Positions 1 to 12,742 of a stretch of 64,000 nucleotides of DNA are shown piece after piece. Origin of the DNA: Hydrolagus affinis. Its lineage: Eukaryota. The notes under the pieces are model-generated. The model saw only the letters and a program-made list of their open reading frames with translations. It was not told the origin of the DNA and ran no database searches. The position numbers were made by a program, and so were the translations under genes. Numbering within the stretch: position 1 is the stretch's first letter; every line of letters starts with the position of its first letter. The stretch is taken from assembly GCA_012026655.1 (NCBI GenBank), contig JAAILG010000353.1, positions 1 to 64,000 on the forward strand. Direction: 5' to 3'.

Positions 1-22
1 ACACACACACACACACACACAC
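1..22. repeat. (AC)n microsatellite, truncated at window edge
   Basis: acacac... run read directly. Confidence 0.95.
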
Positions 23-377
23 TATTTCTCCACTATTGATGTCTCCTGTTTCTCCTCTCGCCTTTCAATTGTCTCCCCTCCACTTTCTATAACAGTGTTG
101 AGCCTGCTCTTGCCAAATAGGTAGAAGAAGAGTCTAAGCTGAAATACACTTGACAAAACCTGAAAACATTAGGTTTTGGGGAGTGATGAACAAGGGAACT
201 TGCTCCCACCCCACTCTGCCACAACCGAATCTATCGACAGGAAACAACGGAAGCTGAATCAGTAAAGTTGGGAGTCCACTCCTTGCAATACTAAGTTATC
301 GGAACATCCTTTCCCATCCAGTGTCCACATGTAGAACTCCACCCTGCACAAATCACACAAATCTCTGAATGTAATCT

Positions 378-443
378 AATAATAATAATGATCCTTGTAT
401 TTTATATAGCACCTTATCACGTCTTCAAGACGCCTCAAAGCAA
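378..443 (-). mobile_element. 3' tail fragment of the young tRNA/Deu SINE
   Basis: Reverse complement of the family tail (tgaggcgtcttgaagacgtgataaggtgctatataaa...aaggatcattattattatt). Confidence 0.75.
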
Positions 444-892
444 CACATAATTACCCCCGGAGACACTGTTTCTATTAACCATAGTACTTTTCTCCTCTCA
501 CTTTTCCTGATTTTTAAAAAAAACGCATGCGGAAAGCAGTTTGCCTTTTGCAAATTAATTTGTTACATCGCTTTGCAGTGTGTGAAATATTAAATTGCAT
601 TAATGTTGTAATTACATTTTTAATTGAAGCAAGTCAAACAATCAAATCCAGAATCTAAATTTAGGCCCCTTAATTAACCCAAGTAGATACAGCGCGTGCA
701 ACAATTTAAGATGGACACATATATTTCACCAAGTGACAGAATAAATTTTTAGGCAGCATCAGTTTACACTGGATGTATTGAATGGTATTTCCAAATGAGC
801 AATAGCAACAACAGTAAAATAACAACAGGAATCAGCCAGGCTTCCTACTTTTTAGGGGGAAAAGTAGTCTTTTATTGCAATTATACTGCATC

Positions 893-1083
893 TGATAATA
901 ATCCCTCAAAAACAAAGTGGTCATTTCAATCCATGACTGCTCGTGGGAAACTGCTGCGTGCAATTAGCTGCCGCGTTTCGCCCAAAAGATATACAGTCAA
1001 TTCACTTTACGGTATATTCTGTGAAGCGTCTTGAAGACGTGAAATGCACTATATCAAATGCAAAGATTATTAGTATTATTATT
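893..1083 (+). mobile_element. 5'-truncated young tRNA/Deu SINE
   Basis: Matches the body and tail of the full copies at 4363 and 58797 (tcaatccatgactg...cagtcaattcactttac...atatcaaatgcaaagattatta). Confidence 0.9.
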
Positions 1084-1134
1084 CACAGTTTACAGAGCAC
1101 CCTTCCACATCGCACGGGGTCTTGGAACTCTTGC

Positions 1135-1192
1135 AAATTATATTAACCTTTGCATTTGATATAGTGTCTCATCACATCTTCAAGATGCTTCG
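1135..1192 (-). mobile_element. SINE tail fragment
   Basis: ctttgcatttgatatagtgtctcatcacatcttcaagatg is the reverse complement of the family tail. Confidence 0.7.
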
Positions 1193-1194
1193 CA

Positions 1195-1372
1195 GGACCC
1201 ACTCGCCTGTTCCAATGGAGAGTAAAAATCCAATAAGACTATTCAACAACAGAAGGGAATTTGTCCTGGCTAACAATCCCCAAAATAAAATGGCTGTTTG
1301 TGAGACATTGCTACGTGCAAATTGGTTGCTTCGTTCACCAACAAAATACAGAGTCACTGCACTTCACGGTAC
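1195..1372 (+). mobile_element. Old Deu-domain SINE fragment (SacSINE1/AmnSINE1-like)
   Basis: gtcctggctaaca...ggctgtttgtgagacattgctacgtgcaaattggttgc...cagagtcactgcacttca resembles the Deu domain as I recall it. Confidence 0.7.
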
Positions 1373-2689
1373 AACACTTGCCCCTTGTCTTGACCTCTCA
1401 TATTAAATAAATACGCCAAATCGAGCTGCCTCCCTGGAAACATCACATGAACCCATTCAAACTGATTTATTGCTTTGTAGTTCACTGCCAACCATTCATT
1501 ATTGTATAAAAACCGACTGCCATTAACACTGTAAAATAAAAAAAAGTATCTCGATACTAAACATTCCAGACCCACGTAGAAAGCTTTATTATTGACTCTG
1601 TGAACTGTTTTTCCCGTTAACTTGTTGCAGTGATCACGTTTTAGCGCAACTTACACTGCAGAAGACACCAGTTGTATTCGTGCGAGTGTTGTCGATCATC
1701 ATTTGTCATATGGGTGTGTTGCTAGGTTCTACCAGACTGATGAATCTTTTATTTTCACAAGTGCACAGGATATCACATGCACTGATATCAAAGCATCACC
1801 CCCCCACCCCACACAACACACGAACCACTTAAAAGGCTGTTAGGAAAACAATTCAAAGAGACCACACACACACACACTTAAACAAGGTACTATGATTTAT
1901 GGAGCAATTGATGCTTCCTACAATACATCTCTTATCGAATATACATTTAAAAATCATAAAAATATTCTTAGATTCTATTTACTTTGTAAACTTTAATGAT
2001 CATGTCACATCAGTGGTGTTGAGTTAAGGGTTTTATTACGACTGAGAGGCAGGCTCATAATTCATTCACACCTGCATTAGTTATGAACGGATTTTTATGC
2101 CTTTCCTGGTGTCCGTGAAATAAATCCAGCAACTAACTCTTGCTGATTAAATATCCCGAGTAGTAATAGTAACTCAAACAACATTTGGTGGGGAAAAAAA
2201 TCAAAACTATTCCTTTGCAGCCACGTGTTTACTGTGAGGCACAAATCCCACTAAACAGGGTTGGGGGGGATAAACAGTGAGATGACTTTCAAGGTAAACA
2301 ATAAAACGATTTCCCTTGAGAAAATGGGATCACAACTGCTTTCTCTCTCACGCCCAGCTATCACTATGGTCTATTGTTCCAACATCCGAAACTCACTGAG
2401 AGGGAAAAAAAATGAATGGAATCATTTCAGAGACAGCAGACACTTTGACAACAGTTAACAGCACCCCGCCCATGGCAAAGCTCCAGTCCAGTACAGCAGG
2501 CAGTAGCTTGCCATTGATAACTGTGACAGCAATGATCCGAGCCCTCACCTTACCTTTACATTCCACAGGGTCTCAAGACATTTCATCAAGAAAAACAATT
2601 TCCGCCCCCTCTCCAAACCATTAACATTCTCTTTGTGTGTGTTTTGCAATATTCCATTTGCTGGCAGAGTCCCAGTGGCTGAAGAGTTT

Positions 2690-2806
2690 ATGTTTCGCCC
2701 ACACATATATACACAGTCAATTCACTTTACAGCATGTTCTGTGAAGCGCTGTGAGACGTCAAGAAGACATTAAAAGCGCCATATCAACTGCAAGGATTAT
2801 TATTAT
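2690..2806 (+). mobile_element. Young SINE 3' fragment
   Basis: cagtcaattcactttacag...gtgaagcgctgtgagacgtcaagaagac...gcaaggattattatta. Confidence 0.9.
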
Positions 2807-2999
2807 GTGATTTGAAAGCGCCCCTTTTGTTGTGAATAAAGCATGAAATCACTTGAGCGGTTATGTAATTTAAAACTTCATTCTAAACATCTGAATAGAA
2901 CGTCACAGAGAGCAAGGTACAAAGTAACAGAAGTGCTAGCTAGTTACGCTGGCGAATCTTATTCTATATGGGTCACTTGTAAGGTGTCAGAGAGGAGAC

Positions 3000-3082
3000 T
3001 TTCACTCTCGTCAGTTAAGCGCTCTGAGACGCCGTCCAGCGTGGAGGGCGCTATATAAATCGAAGTTGTTGTTGTTGTTGTT
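3000..3082 (+). mobile_element. L2 LINE 3' tail (type A) ending in (GTT)n
   Basis: gttaagcgctctgagacgccgtccagcgtggagggcgctatataaatcgaagttgttgttg. The same tail follows L2 ORF2 remnants at 44960-45160. Confidence 0.8.
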
Positions 3083-4362
3083 CAGTCTGGACTGGCTTCA
3101 AACTCCAGCCTCCAAATGGAAACCCTTTGAAAATACTGAATTACATCGTTTTGCTGTGTGACTCAGAAGCTTGGATAACCCCCTCCTAGAACTACACTCA
3201 ATTGCACTTTCTCTTCCATAAGAGTTCCCCACATATAATGCGTCGCTGTTCTGCCAGTACTAAGGACAAAATAGTCCACAGTACATTTTTCATTGTAACC
3301 TCGTCATTTCCATTTTCAGAAACATTGTGGAAGTGAAGCAAACGACTAGGAAAATGTCATTTTAAAATTGGATTTGGGGTTTTTTTCTTTTTAAAAAAAG
3401 AACAAAAAATGGACCTGAACAATGATTGCTCAAATGATAATCTCAGATAGTTTCTAGAATTTCTTTGGAAGCTAGGGAATTTCTAGTCACAGAGTATAAC
3501 AATATTTCTCTTCCTGTTTGGTGTTATAGTCAGTAACAATGAGCCATCGGGGAACATATTCTGATGTCCTTTGATCGCCCAAGTACAGATAATTACCTTA
3601 AAAGATCACATTTTACCCTATTAGGTAACTCACGTTATCTGTGTTAACATCTGTTGACTAATTCTTAATTGACCAAGATTCCTCTGTCAAGCTTGGTTGA
3701 TGGATGTTGCCTCCTAAAAGACTTGTTTGTCAATTTCAAATGAGCTTTGCAAATTCAAAGTTGATCAGAGTGACAGCTTGTCACTGTGTTCTTGGGCTGG
3801 TATTTTAATGAATCACATGGGAATCGTCAAAATAACTCATCCAGGGGAGAGAGAGAGAGAAAGATTGCATGTATTTCAAAATTTATAGAATACACACAAA
3901 TAATGATACTCCTGTACAAAATATCCCATCTTTTTTTTCACAAGGAAAAGGCTCAATGAGTTTAAATAAATCCCTTGTGATATTTATTTGAGAAGCTCGG
4001 CAGCATCATGTCCCACTGCTTGCCAATTGCAACACAGATGAAAGAACATTGCTATCTCTGCAATACAAAGGCACACTGTACTTTTTTTCCCCCACCCACT
4101 GTAACAACACAATGTGCATCATCAAAGCACTTTGAAATGGAAAGGAATGAAGCGTTTCAGTTTACATTTTCAGCAATGGTGCCAGAAGAAGTCAGTGAAC
4201 AGAAGTTCTCGGCAGTAACAGCAGCCAGAGATTTGTTTGCGCAAAAAAAAATCCCAACCTCCTCAATGGTGTGTAAATACAATAAGCCGGAGACATTGCG
4301 TCAACAGCTTTACACAACTCATAATAGTTATTGAAAGGAAATAAAAGTCACTAAGATACGGC

Positions 4363-4681
4363 TCGTAGAGCTCCTGTAGCTCAGTGGTTGAGCACTCGCG
4401 TTACAAGCGTAAGACCTGTGTTCGAATCCAGGCAGGTCAGGACGAAACCTTGGGCAAGTTTCCTTAGTCCACACGCCTAATAATAATCCGTCAAAAAAAA
4501 TCACAATAATGGATGATTTCAATCCACGACTGTTTGTGGGACACTGCTGTGTGCAATTGGCTGTCGTGTTTCACCCACAAATATACAGTCGATTCACTTT
4601 ACAGTATATTCTGTCAAGGGCTTTGAGACGTCGATAAGATGTGAAAAGCGCTATATCAAATGCAAGGATTATTATTATTAT
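4363..4681 (+). mobile_element. Full-length tRNA-derived SINE (pol III head, CORE-like box, partial Deu domain, L2-like tail)
   Basis: A box tagctcagtgg (4377-4387), B box gttcgaatcc (4420-4429), ccttgggcaagtt box, tgtttgtgggacactgctgtgtgcaattggctg, tail ending in (TTA)n. Confidence 0.92.
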
Positions 4682-5546
4682 ACAAATTTGGGGCCCAACA
4701 TTTTCCACAAATGTGAAACTGTAGAACATTATATGATACTTGGTTGTGAACATTCATTCCCAAGTCGAGGAAGTTAAATCATAAATTCTGTTAATGTCAT
4801 AACCACGGTGAAGATCTATCAACAGAATATGAGCTACACCAATTACGTTGAATTACAAGTTAAGGATTACAAGCATCACTTTCATACCCTGGCCTTAACA
4901 CGTCTATTTTCGTGGGTATGAATTAACAATGGGGAGCAGGGATGGTAAGAATACTGGGTGTGTAGTTAAATGTCTCAGTGGAAACACCCCTGCAGTGAAC
5001 AAAAAAGGATTTATTTTCCAGTCATTCACTTCTATTAAATTAGACACACCTCAGTAGATTAAGCAACCGATTCTTATCAATATTAATAGATCAAGCATAA
5101 CCCGGACTGCACTGCTTCAATGGCATATTTTACTAACAATATGGTCGAGTACACAGCGAATCAAGTGGAACACCTATAGTGCGCAGATTCTTAAACGTGA
5201 GCCTTAGATTTCAGTTTCTTAGAAGTTATGTTTCAACCAGTTCCCATAAGTTTGATGAGAAACAATTGTAAAGGCTAAATTGTAGCACTACTCATCTTTG
5301 ATTTCCTTGCTATAAAAACTAACGCTCCTAAGACATGAAAATGAAATCTGGCTGAAACGTCCTTAAGAGTTAAGTTCAGTCTTCTGAGAATCTGTTGTGG
5401 CAATGAAACAAATCTAAGTCAAACGACTCCTGAACTGGTCTGGTATAAAGTTAAATGTCGGGGATTAATAAAGCACCTCGGTTGAAATATACAAGATCAA
5501 TTTTTATCACCAACACTACCATTTACACCAGAGTAGTTTGGCTTAC

Positions 5547-5565
5547 CTGACTGTGATTTCCTGCC
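5547..5565 (-). other. Candidate 19-nt microexon
   Basis: Minus strand reads gatttatttccgcag|GGCAGGAAATCACAGTCAG|gtaagc. Splice signals only. Confidence 0.2.
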
Positions 5566-5970
5566 CTGCGGAAATAAATCTTCACGGTGATAAACAAGAA
5601 GTGTCAGTACGGTAATTCTTAAACTCATTAAGTACACTTGGAAATAAGCATAATACCAAGTTGCATTTTTCCATCTTATCTAAGTGACAAACGCTTTGCG
5701 CTTGTGAATTCAGCCACAGCGTTTGCTTCTCTCATTTCAATATTAAGATGTTCTCTGCAAACTAAGTCTATAGGATCGATTTAACGCATTGGCCTGCATG
5801 GGGAACCAATGCCATGTTTGGTCCCAAATGTGTTAGAATTTGGTTTGGAATCTACTAGGCTCTTAATGAAACCCAAGATAATGGTTGCATATTCATCTGT
5901 GCGGAGAACACTGCCAACCTCACCGGCCAATTGTGCCCGGACAAACTGCCATGATTGCTACGATGTCACT

Positions 5971-6300
5971 ATAATAATAATAATAATCCTTGCATTTGAT
6001 ACAGCGCTTTTCACATCTTATCGACGTCTCAAAGCGCTTCACAGAATATATTGTAAAGTCAATTGACTGTATATTTGTGGGTGAATACAGCAGCCAATTG
6101 CGCACAGCAGCGTCCCCCACAAACAGCCGTGGATTGAAGTGACCAATTTTATTATTGTGTTTTTTTTGGAGGAATTATTATCAGGCGTGTGGAGTAAGGA
6201 AACTTGCCCAAGGTTTCGCCCTGACCTGCCTGGATTCGAACACAGGTCTCCCCAGCTTGCAAGACAAGTGCTCTAACCACTTAGCCACAGGAGCTCCACA
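5971..6300 (-). mobile_element. Full-length tRNA-derived SINE
   Basis: Reverse complement of the 4363 element, with A box (tggctaagtgg), B box (gttcgaatcc) and (TTA)n tail. Confidence 0.92.
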
Positions 6301-8644
6301 ACTACACACCCGCTGAAAGGCGGACTGCACAACTCCACGGAGATAAAGCAGACAAGTGGCCTCTTTTATCACAGGAGCATCTAAAGCTCAGCGCCTGCAA
6401 TAAGGAACTCGTGTGTCCCTCTGCCTGTCATGCTCGTTTTCCCTTGACCATCCAGAGAACGCATAAGGTCTCGCCACGGATGAAGCATCTTCGTATTCGG
6501 TGCAACATTTGACTGAATAGACCCCCCCAAATCCCGTAGAGGGCAGAACTGCCGTGAAACCAATGCGCAAGTCAAAACAAGACAGCCACATCAATACCTG
6601 CATTGGTACCTCGCCTCCCTCCACCTTGGCTATTGTTATGCTCTTACAGAACAGTTGAGTGAATCATGAGAGTGTTGACACGACTACATGGTGAATTATT
6701 GATGAGGTTCAATAAGATATTCGCAGAAGACAAGGTGCCACTATTGATTTACTTTAAGCACCACACACAATCATGGAGACACGGACATCCTTTGAGAAGA
6801 ATTTTTTTTAAAATCCATTCAGCGCCATGGCTACGTTTAAGAGCCTGAAGCAAGTTCCCTATATTTCCCAGCACCTGGAGCCAAATGTCTAGTTCCTTAT
6901 AAAGAGAAATTGATGCAATCACCACACACACGTGCGCACACACACAAGTGCACACCAGCACAAGTCATTATGCGTCCACAATCTTTGGTGATTTTCCAAT
7001 AAGTTAATCCCAAGACTGCAGGATCCCTTACTTAGGCAAATGCATTTTGCTTTATTCTTTATAAATCTTTTGGAGCTTTGGGCTGATAATGATAGCCTGA
7101 TTAAACTTTCTCGTGGTTCAAATTATTTTGTCACAAGTATTAAACTGGGGCCAGAGGGCTCCAGTGGGGGGTATGTAATATACAGCTGTGATCAGCAGAA
7201 TCCTGGTAATTTTCCAGTCACTGACGCCTTTGTTAATCTATGCAAAGGAATAACGAGCATGGTCCAATCTGATTACATTTACAGGAGGCGTGTGAGAAGA
7301 ATGGGTGCAGACATTTTTCTCAAAGTTACAGAAACACACTGCTCACATTGTGAAAGCAGATAGCTCCTCATACAAAGCTCTTAAATTGGGAAATCAACCT
7401 TGTCACTGAAATATAGGATAGTCCATAGATTTATGAATCAAGCAAGCACGGGGAAGGCTTTAGACACCAACCACTCAAATGTAGTCAACGTGGATTTATT
7501 TATTTTTATTTAGCAGATGTTATCTTCCATTATACAGATAGTGGATCCTTAGAGAGGCATATGGTCCGAAGCACAGGAATGTATTAAAAGGCAGCATCAA
7601 GTGAATGAATTTGAAGGATGTTATTCACTGCAAGCAGAATTAAAATGATACCACGCTGTGGTACAATCTTAAACTGTACCCCCGATAATTATTATGCCAA
7701 AACTGATAACAGGGTCCTAGCATGGGTTTCCAGGAATGCCAAGTGTGACTCACGGCTTGAACTCTAGCGATCGACTTTCATGTCACTTAAACGCGCGAAG
7801 ACTTGCGACCGAAAAATTTATTACGTAAGAACGAAGATCTCCTACTTGAGAACTGTCTTGTCCATCTTCCTTACACTTTGTGCATTCTGCGCACAGAAAT
7901 AGCTAATGCATTCCTCACACGAGAGCCACTGTACATCTGGCATTTTACCCCACACTGTAGCAAGAGTATTACTAGGCCTAAATGCATTGAAAATGGGAAC
8001 GCAAACTAAGATCCGCGGAAACTTTGGCTGCACCACAAATTTAAATAAACGCTGAGCTCTTTGTCATGACAAACAAATTAAGGAGCTAATTACAGAAATG
8101 CTTGTTGACAGCTATTTGCAGTATCAGCTGTGCAATCTGTATCAACTGCGGAATCAAAGTCATAGGATACTAATTGAATTATGCTGAGGCACAGATCATA
8201 GTCGCGTGTCACGAGGGAGAGAGAAAAAGAAACGATTAGGGATAGAGTTAGAAATGTCCTCAGCAGGAACGACAAATCCGTGGAAGAGACCAGTCAACGG
8301 ATGAATGGAAAGTTAAATCACGTACTTAGAGGAATCCATTTCAGGTTATCATTTCTGCGATTTCTTATTAAAATTATACTGGAGATTTCACAATCTAATT
8401 CTAGCCATCATGAAATATCAAGGGGATCACCCCAGCGTTACCAGCGACCTGTTCTCATACCTCTGCTGAGGCCAGTGTCGCAAAGACGACAACAAAAACA
8501 ACTTGCATTCATAAAGCGCCCTGCGCGCAAGGTAGCGTCTCCGAATGCTTAAAGACCACAAGGACTGGTTACATAGGAAACGTTTTGAGACCTTGAATGA
8601 AAATTCTGAATCAGCAGCAGAGTTCATTTCAGTGCATTCAGTTT

Positions 8645-8900
8645 AGCCCACAAAACTATACATTTACAGTATATTCGGTGAAACGCTTCTTTTGAGACGA
8701 CGACAACAAAATGACATTAATAGTGTGCCTTTCACGTCGGGAGGATGTCCCAAGGCGCTGAACAGTCAGGTCGGGTCCCAAGCAAGGGAGAGGGGTAGGG
8801 AAGGGGGGAGGGGCGGGAGAGAGTTAGGAGGGGAGGGAGAGAGTTAGGAGAAGAGCGATATCTCAATGATATGATAAGACGTTATATCAAAGGCGGGGAC
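8645..8900. mobile_element. Plus-strand SINE tail interrupted by a minus-strand L2 type-B tail (~8700-8855)
   Basis: tttacagtatattcggtgaaacgc...gagacg [cctttcacgtcgggaggatgtcccaaggcgctgaac...purine-rich] gatatgataagacgttatatcaaaggc. Confidence 0.65.
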
Positions 8901-11900
8901 CTTCACGATCATTTTTGATAAGGTATTTTTACACTCCTTAACCAAAGGATGGAATAAAATAAATGTAGTTCAGCAATGCCCAGCAGCTATCCGCATCCAT
9001 CTTAAAGTTTGTGAATTCTTGAAAGAAGTTTCAATCTTATGCTGATATTGCATTCTAACTTTCCCAACTTTGTGACTTCCAGTCGTGCATCAATGTCATT
9101 GATGTTAATTCCTACTGATCATCTATCCAGGAGGCTCTGGTGACTATGTCTTGCATTTAAATAATAGACCAAATGCTGAACAATCGCCTTCAACAGCTGC
9201 AGTGACTCCTATTAAATTCATTGGCAATCAATACAACACACACTCGCAAGTCAATCTGCAGCAGACATATCAGCAGGAGAATTGCCGTGACCTAATAGTG
9301 CATTTCGGTCTAAGCTCGGACATTAGTACAGCAGAAATTTCAATCAATTTCCCCGAAATTTTTTGGAACCCAGATTAATAGGACACTTTCCAATAGTCAT
9401 TAGCGCTGCGTTATTCAGCTTGTAATTATAGAAGCTTTTAATGCGATCTATCGGTAACTTTAATTTCTAACCAATTTGCTCTGTTGTTGGGATTCCATTG
9501 GGGATGTCCATCGTACACAGAGAAGCTGCTGCAATTGTTTCTGAATGATGCAGTTTCTAGGAACACAACGAGTGGAATCATACCCATGGAACCTCTCCAA
9601 GCCCTCCTATTGTTCATTCTCCAGCACTCATTCCACAATACACTTTCCAGCAACTCTTTACACAACTGCAGAAGTACCGAACGAATTAACAATTCCATCG
9701 TTTAGAAACGTGTAGGATAAGCCTTGCCTTCTTCACGGACCTGGCCAATTCTTGGTAAATGAATCAGAGGGGTGTGTAAAACGCAATGTTTCACGTGGCA
9801 TAAATATTGCTTCATCTGTGAAAAGAAATACTGTCACCCCAGTCAGCAAGCCATCTCTCTTGCACAGACTCGCTGGCTTGGCCATGCCATATGTTTCCGT
9901 ACAATTACTCTCTCCCACATTTCCGCTGTCGAAAGGCACCCATGCAGTACATTGCCAGCAGTGATCTATGGAGGGAACCGGGCTAATAATGTTCACCAAA
10001 GTTACCTTAAACTCGACCAAACGGAAAGTGGGAGCAAAACAATTCCACAAAAGTGATGGGGAGTGGTGCGTAGGTGGATGGTGGGGGGGAGGGGGGCGGC
10101 GCAGAATATTTTTTAATTAAGCGTAGGATTTGTGCATATTGTATTGACACGACTTCTAAGTTTGGTCTGGAAACGAAACTAGAGTGGTCTAAAATAAACT
10201 TTGGTTCACTTTCCCCTAAAACACTCACACCAGGAGCTTTTTCCGAGATGGCTTTTTAGAGATGGCTGTTGCGAGAATAGAAACCATCCAATATATTTCA
10301 CGGCACTTATCTACCTCGGCCGTCCCTGTTAGGGCTTTAGATTGAGAACACATCTGCACCTCCAAGTCTCACTGATGGCCACTCATTGATTCAGCTGGTC
10401 AATCTGCAATGTCTTGGATTACTGTAGATCTGCTTGGTTCAGGCTTCCGGGAACCAGTTCATCAATCCCACAGAGACACTGCTGATTTCCCATCTCCTAA
10501 AAGTTGATTTAGGCGCGGGGATCATTCTATCGACCATAAAAGTATCAGGGGGTTTCAAACCCAAAACCTTCTGGTCTCAAATCCCTGTTTGTCGAGGTTA
10601 GCTTTGATCATGTGTAAGATAAACGATGTCCTTGCTCCAATATTAATTCACGGACAGAAAGGTGGGAGTTCATATATCAAACCGTCTGCGATTCATCACA
10701 GTTGCAATATTCCTATGAATTTCCAAGTCAAATTTTTCTTTGGTTCTGGACTGCCCTCACAATTGTTCTGTCCCCAAATTCGTAGATCTCCTAGGGAAAA
10801 CTGCAGTTGTTTAACAACGTTTAATTTAACAACATCCATGTGTGGTTTATGGCCAAGTTTTGAATTTTAAGAGCAATTTCAAATCTAGAGTAAAGAATTC
10901 CCAATGCGGCATTATTGCTTAGAAAGGACGGTAAACATCATAAAACCATGAAGATGTTTGTACAAGTTACATTAATAAAACTATGGAGCTCCTGAGCAAA
11001 AAACAAATGTGCTGTTCACCCTTTTATAGAAAATAAATTCCGTTGAAATGGTCGAAAATCACAACTAAAAGCAGGCATTTTAAAGCAAACGAATCCTTTA
11101 ATACGAAAGGCAGCAATGACTACTGCAGAGTAAAAACCCAGCTTGCTTTAGATCTCGCTGGAGAAAAGAACTGTATTTCTCCGTGACAAGCAAGAGATGA
11201 TCTTTTCAGCAGACGGTTGAGATTCAATTATCTGGGCAGCAAATCTTTCAGATGGAGAAGATTAAGTAAAATTGTATTGATTGTCACTGCATGCAATCCC
11301 ATCATTTTCAGTCACATTTTCCTTTTACTGAAATGGAAATAAAGTAGATGGAAATAGGGCTGTCTGTTGAGCTTACCTTACCTCTAATGCGCAGACAAAA
11401 AAAAACTTCTCAGTGTGCAATATGCTAATGGAGTCTGATAGGGTTAGTCTGACTATCATGCTCGCTGATCAGCTCTTACACATAGTTACACAGAAGGTAT
11501 CCTTCCCGCACCCCCACCCCCCACCACCCATCTGTACATTTTCACTATCATTGGGTGTTAATGGCAGAACTGTCGTTCCATTGTGCGAGTTAAAAAAAAG
11601 CAGATCGATGGAGTGCACCTACTTGCCTGCTCTTATTATCAAGCTGTACAGGCATTTGGGAGAAATCTCCTCAAATCAACCACAGAAGTTAAGAGTTTTC
11701 TATTAGGCAGCAGCTTGTTCACATTAGGATCTGTTGCAATCTGGGGTTTCAGAAATGACCGTGTTGTTATCCTCTAAATCATTCTGACAAAATGTTGGCC
11801 GAGCTCCCCAATGCTCGAAACCAAAAGCAAACAAAAAAAACTACACTGTGACATTGTGCTGCCACAAACCAGATTAACAACAGCAACAACTTACATTTAT

Positions 11901-12204
11901 TCCTTCACAGGGATAGGGTCTCGAAGCGCTTGACTGTGGCGGAGTCTGACGTTCCGCACTCTGCCCTAACATTCAACCCTCTTGATTCCAGCTCCCAGCT
12001 CGGGTGCAAACCTTTAACCGTTTAGAGATTTGGGACGTCCTTCCGACTTCCAATGGACAATTGGAAACTGATTTGCTGTTGCTATAAAGTTTGATCACAG
12101 TTAAAGTGTGTAAGCACAAAAACACAAACACAGCTAATCTCAACCATGGCCTCAGTATTTGAAGCCCCAAGGAGAAAGGGAGGAAACTGCTTCTGATAAC
12201 CATA

Positions 12205-12320
12205 TAATAGAAATAATAAACCTTTCATTTGATATAGCGCCTTATCACATTGAGATGTCTCAAAGCGTTTTACAGCATATATTGCAAAGTGATTTGACTA
12301 TATATTTTGTGGTCGAAAAC
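12205..12320 (-). mobile_element. Young SINE 3' fragment
   Basis: catttgatatagcgccttatcac...gtctcaaagcgttttacag...aaagtgatttgact. Confidence 0.8.
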
Positions 12321-12365
12321 TGATCATTATTCTGATTGTTATCTACCTGCTCCTGGATCAGATAT

Positions 12366-12412
12366 GAGAAAGAGAGAGACGAGAGAGAGAGAGAAAGAGA
12401 GAGAATGAGAGA
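12366..12412. repeat. Imperfect (GA)n microsatellite
   Basis: Read directly. Confidence 0.85.
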
Positions 12413-12564
12413 GTTAGCAAGCTGATCTGCAATTCCACCATGGAGACACATGCAGTTAACACCAACCCTTAACCTAACTTGTATTTTGACTCCTCAAATA
12501 CAGTATTCATAACAAAGTTTGTCTTCTTAATTTTTTTTTACCAGCCGATCGGATACACAACATA

Positions 12565-12642
12565 AAAATAATAATAATCCTTGCGTTTGATATAGCGTTT
12601 TTCACATCTTCTAAACGTCCCAAAGCACTTCACAGAATACAG
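12565..12642 (-). mobile_element. SINE tail running into the assembly gap
   Basis: ataataatccttgcgtttgatatagcgtttttcacatcttctaaacgtcccaaagcacttcacagaatac. Confidence 0.88.
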
Positions 12643-12742
12643 NNNNNNNNNNNNNNNNNNNNNNNNNNNNNNNNNNNNNNNNNNNNNNNNNNNNNNNNNN
12701 NNNNNNNNNNNNNNNNNNNNNNNNNNNNNNNNNNNNNNNNNN
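12643..12742. other. Assembly gap (100 N)
   Basis: Run of exactly 100 N between a SINE and a poly-C tract. Confidence 0.99.

Noticed and set aside
2996-3016. Minus-strand CTGACGA...GAAAGTC hammerhead look-alike
   Set aside because: No stem II is possible with the 4-nt spacer, and it overlaps an L2 tail.
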